From contig NC_134476.1 in assembly GCF_964194025.1 (NCBI RefSeq), positions 19,034,001 through 19,098,000 of the forward strand: a stretch of 64,000 nucleotides of DNA, in the 5' to 3' direction. Each line of letters starts with the position of its first letter. Positions within the stretch are counted from its first letter, which is position 1. The DNA comes from Convolutriloba macropyga. Its lineage: Eukaryota. Below, one piece after another: positions 62,201-64,000 of the stretch. Position numbers and translations under genes: made by a program. The notes below the pieces were generated by a model. That model worked only from the letters and a program-made list of their open reading frames with translations, was not told the origin of the DNA and searched no databases.

Positions 62201-64000
62201 AAACAAAAAAACCTCCCCTGGAAACTTTGAAACCTGAAAACATGCTTAAATTGACGCACGTGAGGAGTAAAAAACAAAAATGTCAAAAAAAAATAAAAGG
62301 GCTCTTGGCTCTGGGAGATATTACTCCCAGAACCAAGAGTAATCTGTTAGAAACTTTCGTTTCTAACAGATATTCAATTTTTTTTTCAAGTAAAACTGCA
62401 AAAAAACTTTTTGAACACGGCTGGCTATTCCTGCATAGTATGTCACTGAAACATGCATTGCTCAGGTACAACACATTTACACTTCTGCATCAAACACTTA
62501 TAAAAAAGAGTTAAAAAAAAGAAAATTATCCCGAAATTCCCCCAAAAACAAACAAAAAAACCTCCCCTGGAAACTTTGAAACCTGAAAACATGCTTAAAT
62601 TGACGCACGTGAGGAGTAAAAAACAAAAATGTCAAAAAAAATAAAAGGGCTCTTGGCTCTGGGAGATATTGCTCCCAGAACCAAGAGTAATCTGTTAGAA
62701 ACTTTCGTTTCTAACAGATATTAAAATTTTTTTTTGAAATAAAAGTGTTAAAAAAAACTTCTACACTTGCCCACATGTCTGGTTATTACCACATAGTATG
62801 ACATGTAAACATGCATTGCTCAGGCACAACGTATTCACACTTCTGCCTCAAACACTTATTAAAAAAATTTAAAAAAAAAAGAAAATTATCCCGAAATTCC
62901 CACAAAAACAAACAAAAAAACCTCCCCTGGAAACTTTGAAACCTGAAAACATGCTTAAATTGACGCACGTGAGGAGTAAAAAACAAAAATGTCAAAAAAA
63001 AAATAAAAGGGCTCTTGGCTCTGGGAGATATTACTCCCAGAACCAAAAGTAATCTGTTAGAAACTTTCGTTTCTAACAGATATTAAAAATTTTTTTGAAA
63101 TAAAAGTGTTAAAAAAACTTCTACACTTGCCCACATGTCTGGTTATTACCACATAGTATGACATGTAAACATGCATTGCTCAGGCACAACGTATTCACAC
63201 TTCTGCCTCAAACACTTATAAAAAAGAATTAAAAAAAAGAAAATTATCCCGAAATTCCCACAAAAACAAACAAAAAAACCTCCCCTGGAAACTTTGAAAC
63301 CTGAAAACATGCTTAAATTGACGCACGTGAGGAGTAAAAAACAAAAATGTCAAAAAAAAATAAAAGGGCTCTTGGCTCTGGGAGATATTACTCCCAGAAC
63401 CAAGAGTAATCTGTTAGAAACTTTCGTTTCTAACAGATAATTAATTTTTTTTTCAAGTAAAACTGCCAAAAAAACCTTTTGAAGACGGCTGGCTATTCCT
63501 GCATAGTATGTCACTGAAACATGCATTGCTCAGGTACAACGTATTCACACTTCTGCCTCAAACACTTATAAAAAAGAATTAAAAAAAAAATTATCCCGAA
63601 ATTCCCCCAAAAACAAACAAAAAAACCTCCCCTGGAAACTTTGAAACCTGAAAACATGCTTAAATTGACGCACGTGAGGAGTATAAAACAAAAATGTCAA
63701 AAAAAAAATAAAAGGGCTCTTGGCTCTGGGAGATATTACTCCCAGAACCAAGAGTAATCTGTTAGAAACTTTCGTTTCTAACAGATATTCAATTTTTTTT
63801 TCAAGTAAAACTGCAAAAAAACCTTTTGAACACGGCTGGCTATTCCTGCATAGTATGTCACTGAACCATGCATTGCTCAGGCACAACATATTCACACTTC
63901 TGCCTCAAACACTTATAACAAAGAATTAAAAAAAAAAAGAAAATTATCCCGAAATTCCCCCAAAAACAAACAAAAAAACCTCCCCTGGAAACTTTGAAAC
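53220..64000 (+). repeat. ~355-bp satellite array (two monomer subtypes, ~359 and ~349 bp), continuing past the window end
   Basis: About 30 highly similar tandem units, each with ctcttggctctgggag-atatta-ctcccagaaccaagag and atctgttagaaac-tttc-gtttctaacagat dyads and long A-tracts. Confidence 0.98.

Noticed and set aside
50225-63929. Many 60-118 aa ORFs in the satellite and its insertion
   Set aside because: Repeated translations of a non-coding monomer whose frames change with A-tract length.
53220-64000. Hammerhead ribozyme or CRISPR-like array in the hairpin satellite
   Set aside because: I found no CUGANGA core on either strand of the monomer, the sequence between the hairpins is repeated rather than unique spacers, and there are no cas genes.

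Overview
AT-rich eukaryotic genomic DNA, most likely from an invertebrate animal (inferred from the spliceosomal introns and gene families; the species cannot be assigned from sequence alone). Four spliced genes all lie on the minus strand: EXOSC3/RRP40 (4 exons, first intron GC-AG), a ~1750-aa DIDO1/PHF3/PPS-family PHD-BRK-TFIIS_M-SPOC gene starting only 248 bp after the EXOSC3 stop, a NUDT8-like CoA diphosphatase whose second codon is TAA, and two exons of an unidentified small protein with weak FERM-F1/ubiquitin-like similarity. The rest is mostly repeats. These include non-autonomous Helentron (HINE)-like elements, a ~9 kb hierarchical tandem array built partly from HINE-internal sequence, Mutator/Foldback-like MITEs with 9-bp TSDs, and a 195-bp element with Polinton/Maverick-like ends. 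There is also a 3 x 1.9 kb intronic tandem repeat and a >14 kb ~355-bp double-hairpin satellite that runs off the right edge and is interrupted by a 2 kb insertion. The best lead is a possible EXOSC3-DIDO1 operon resolved by spliced-leader trans-splicing. All family assignments come from remembered motifs and manual translation; no database search was run.
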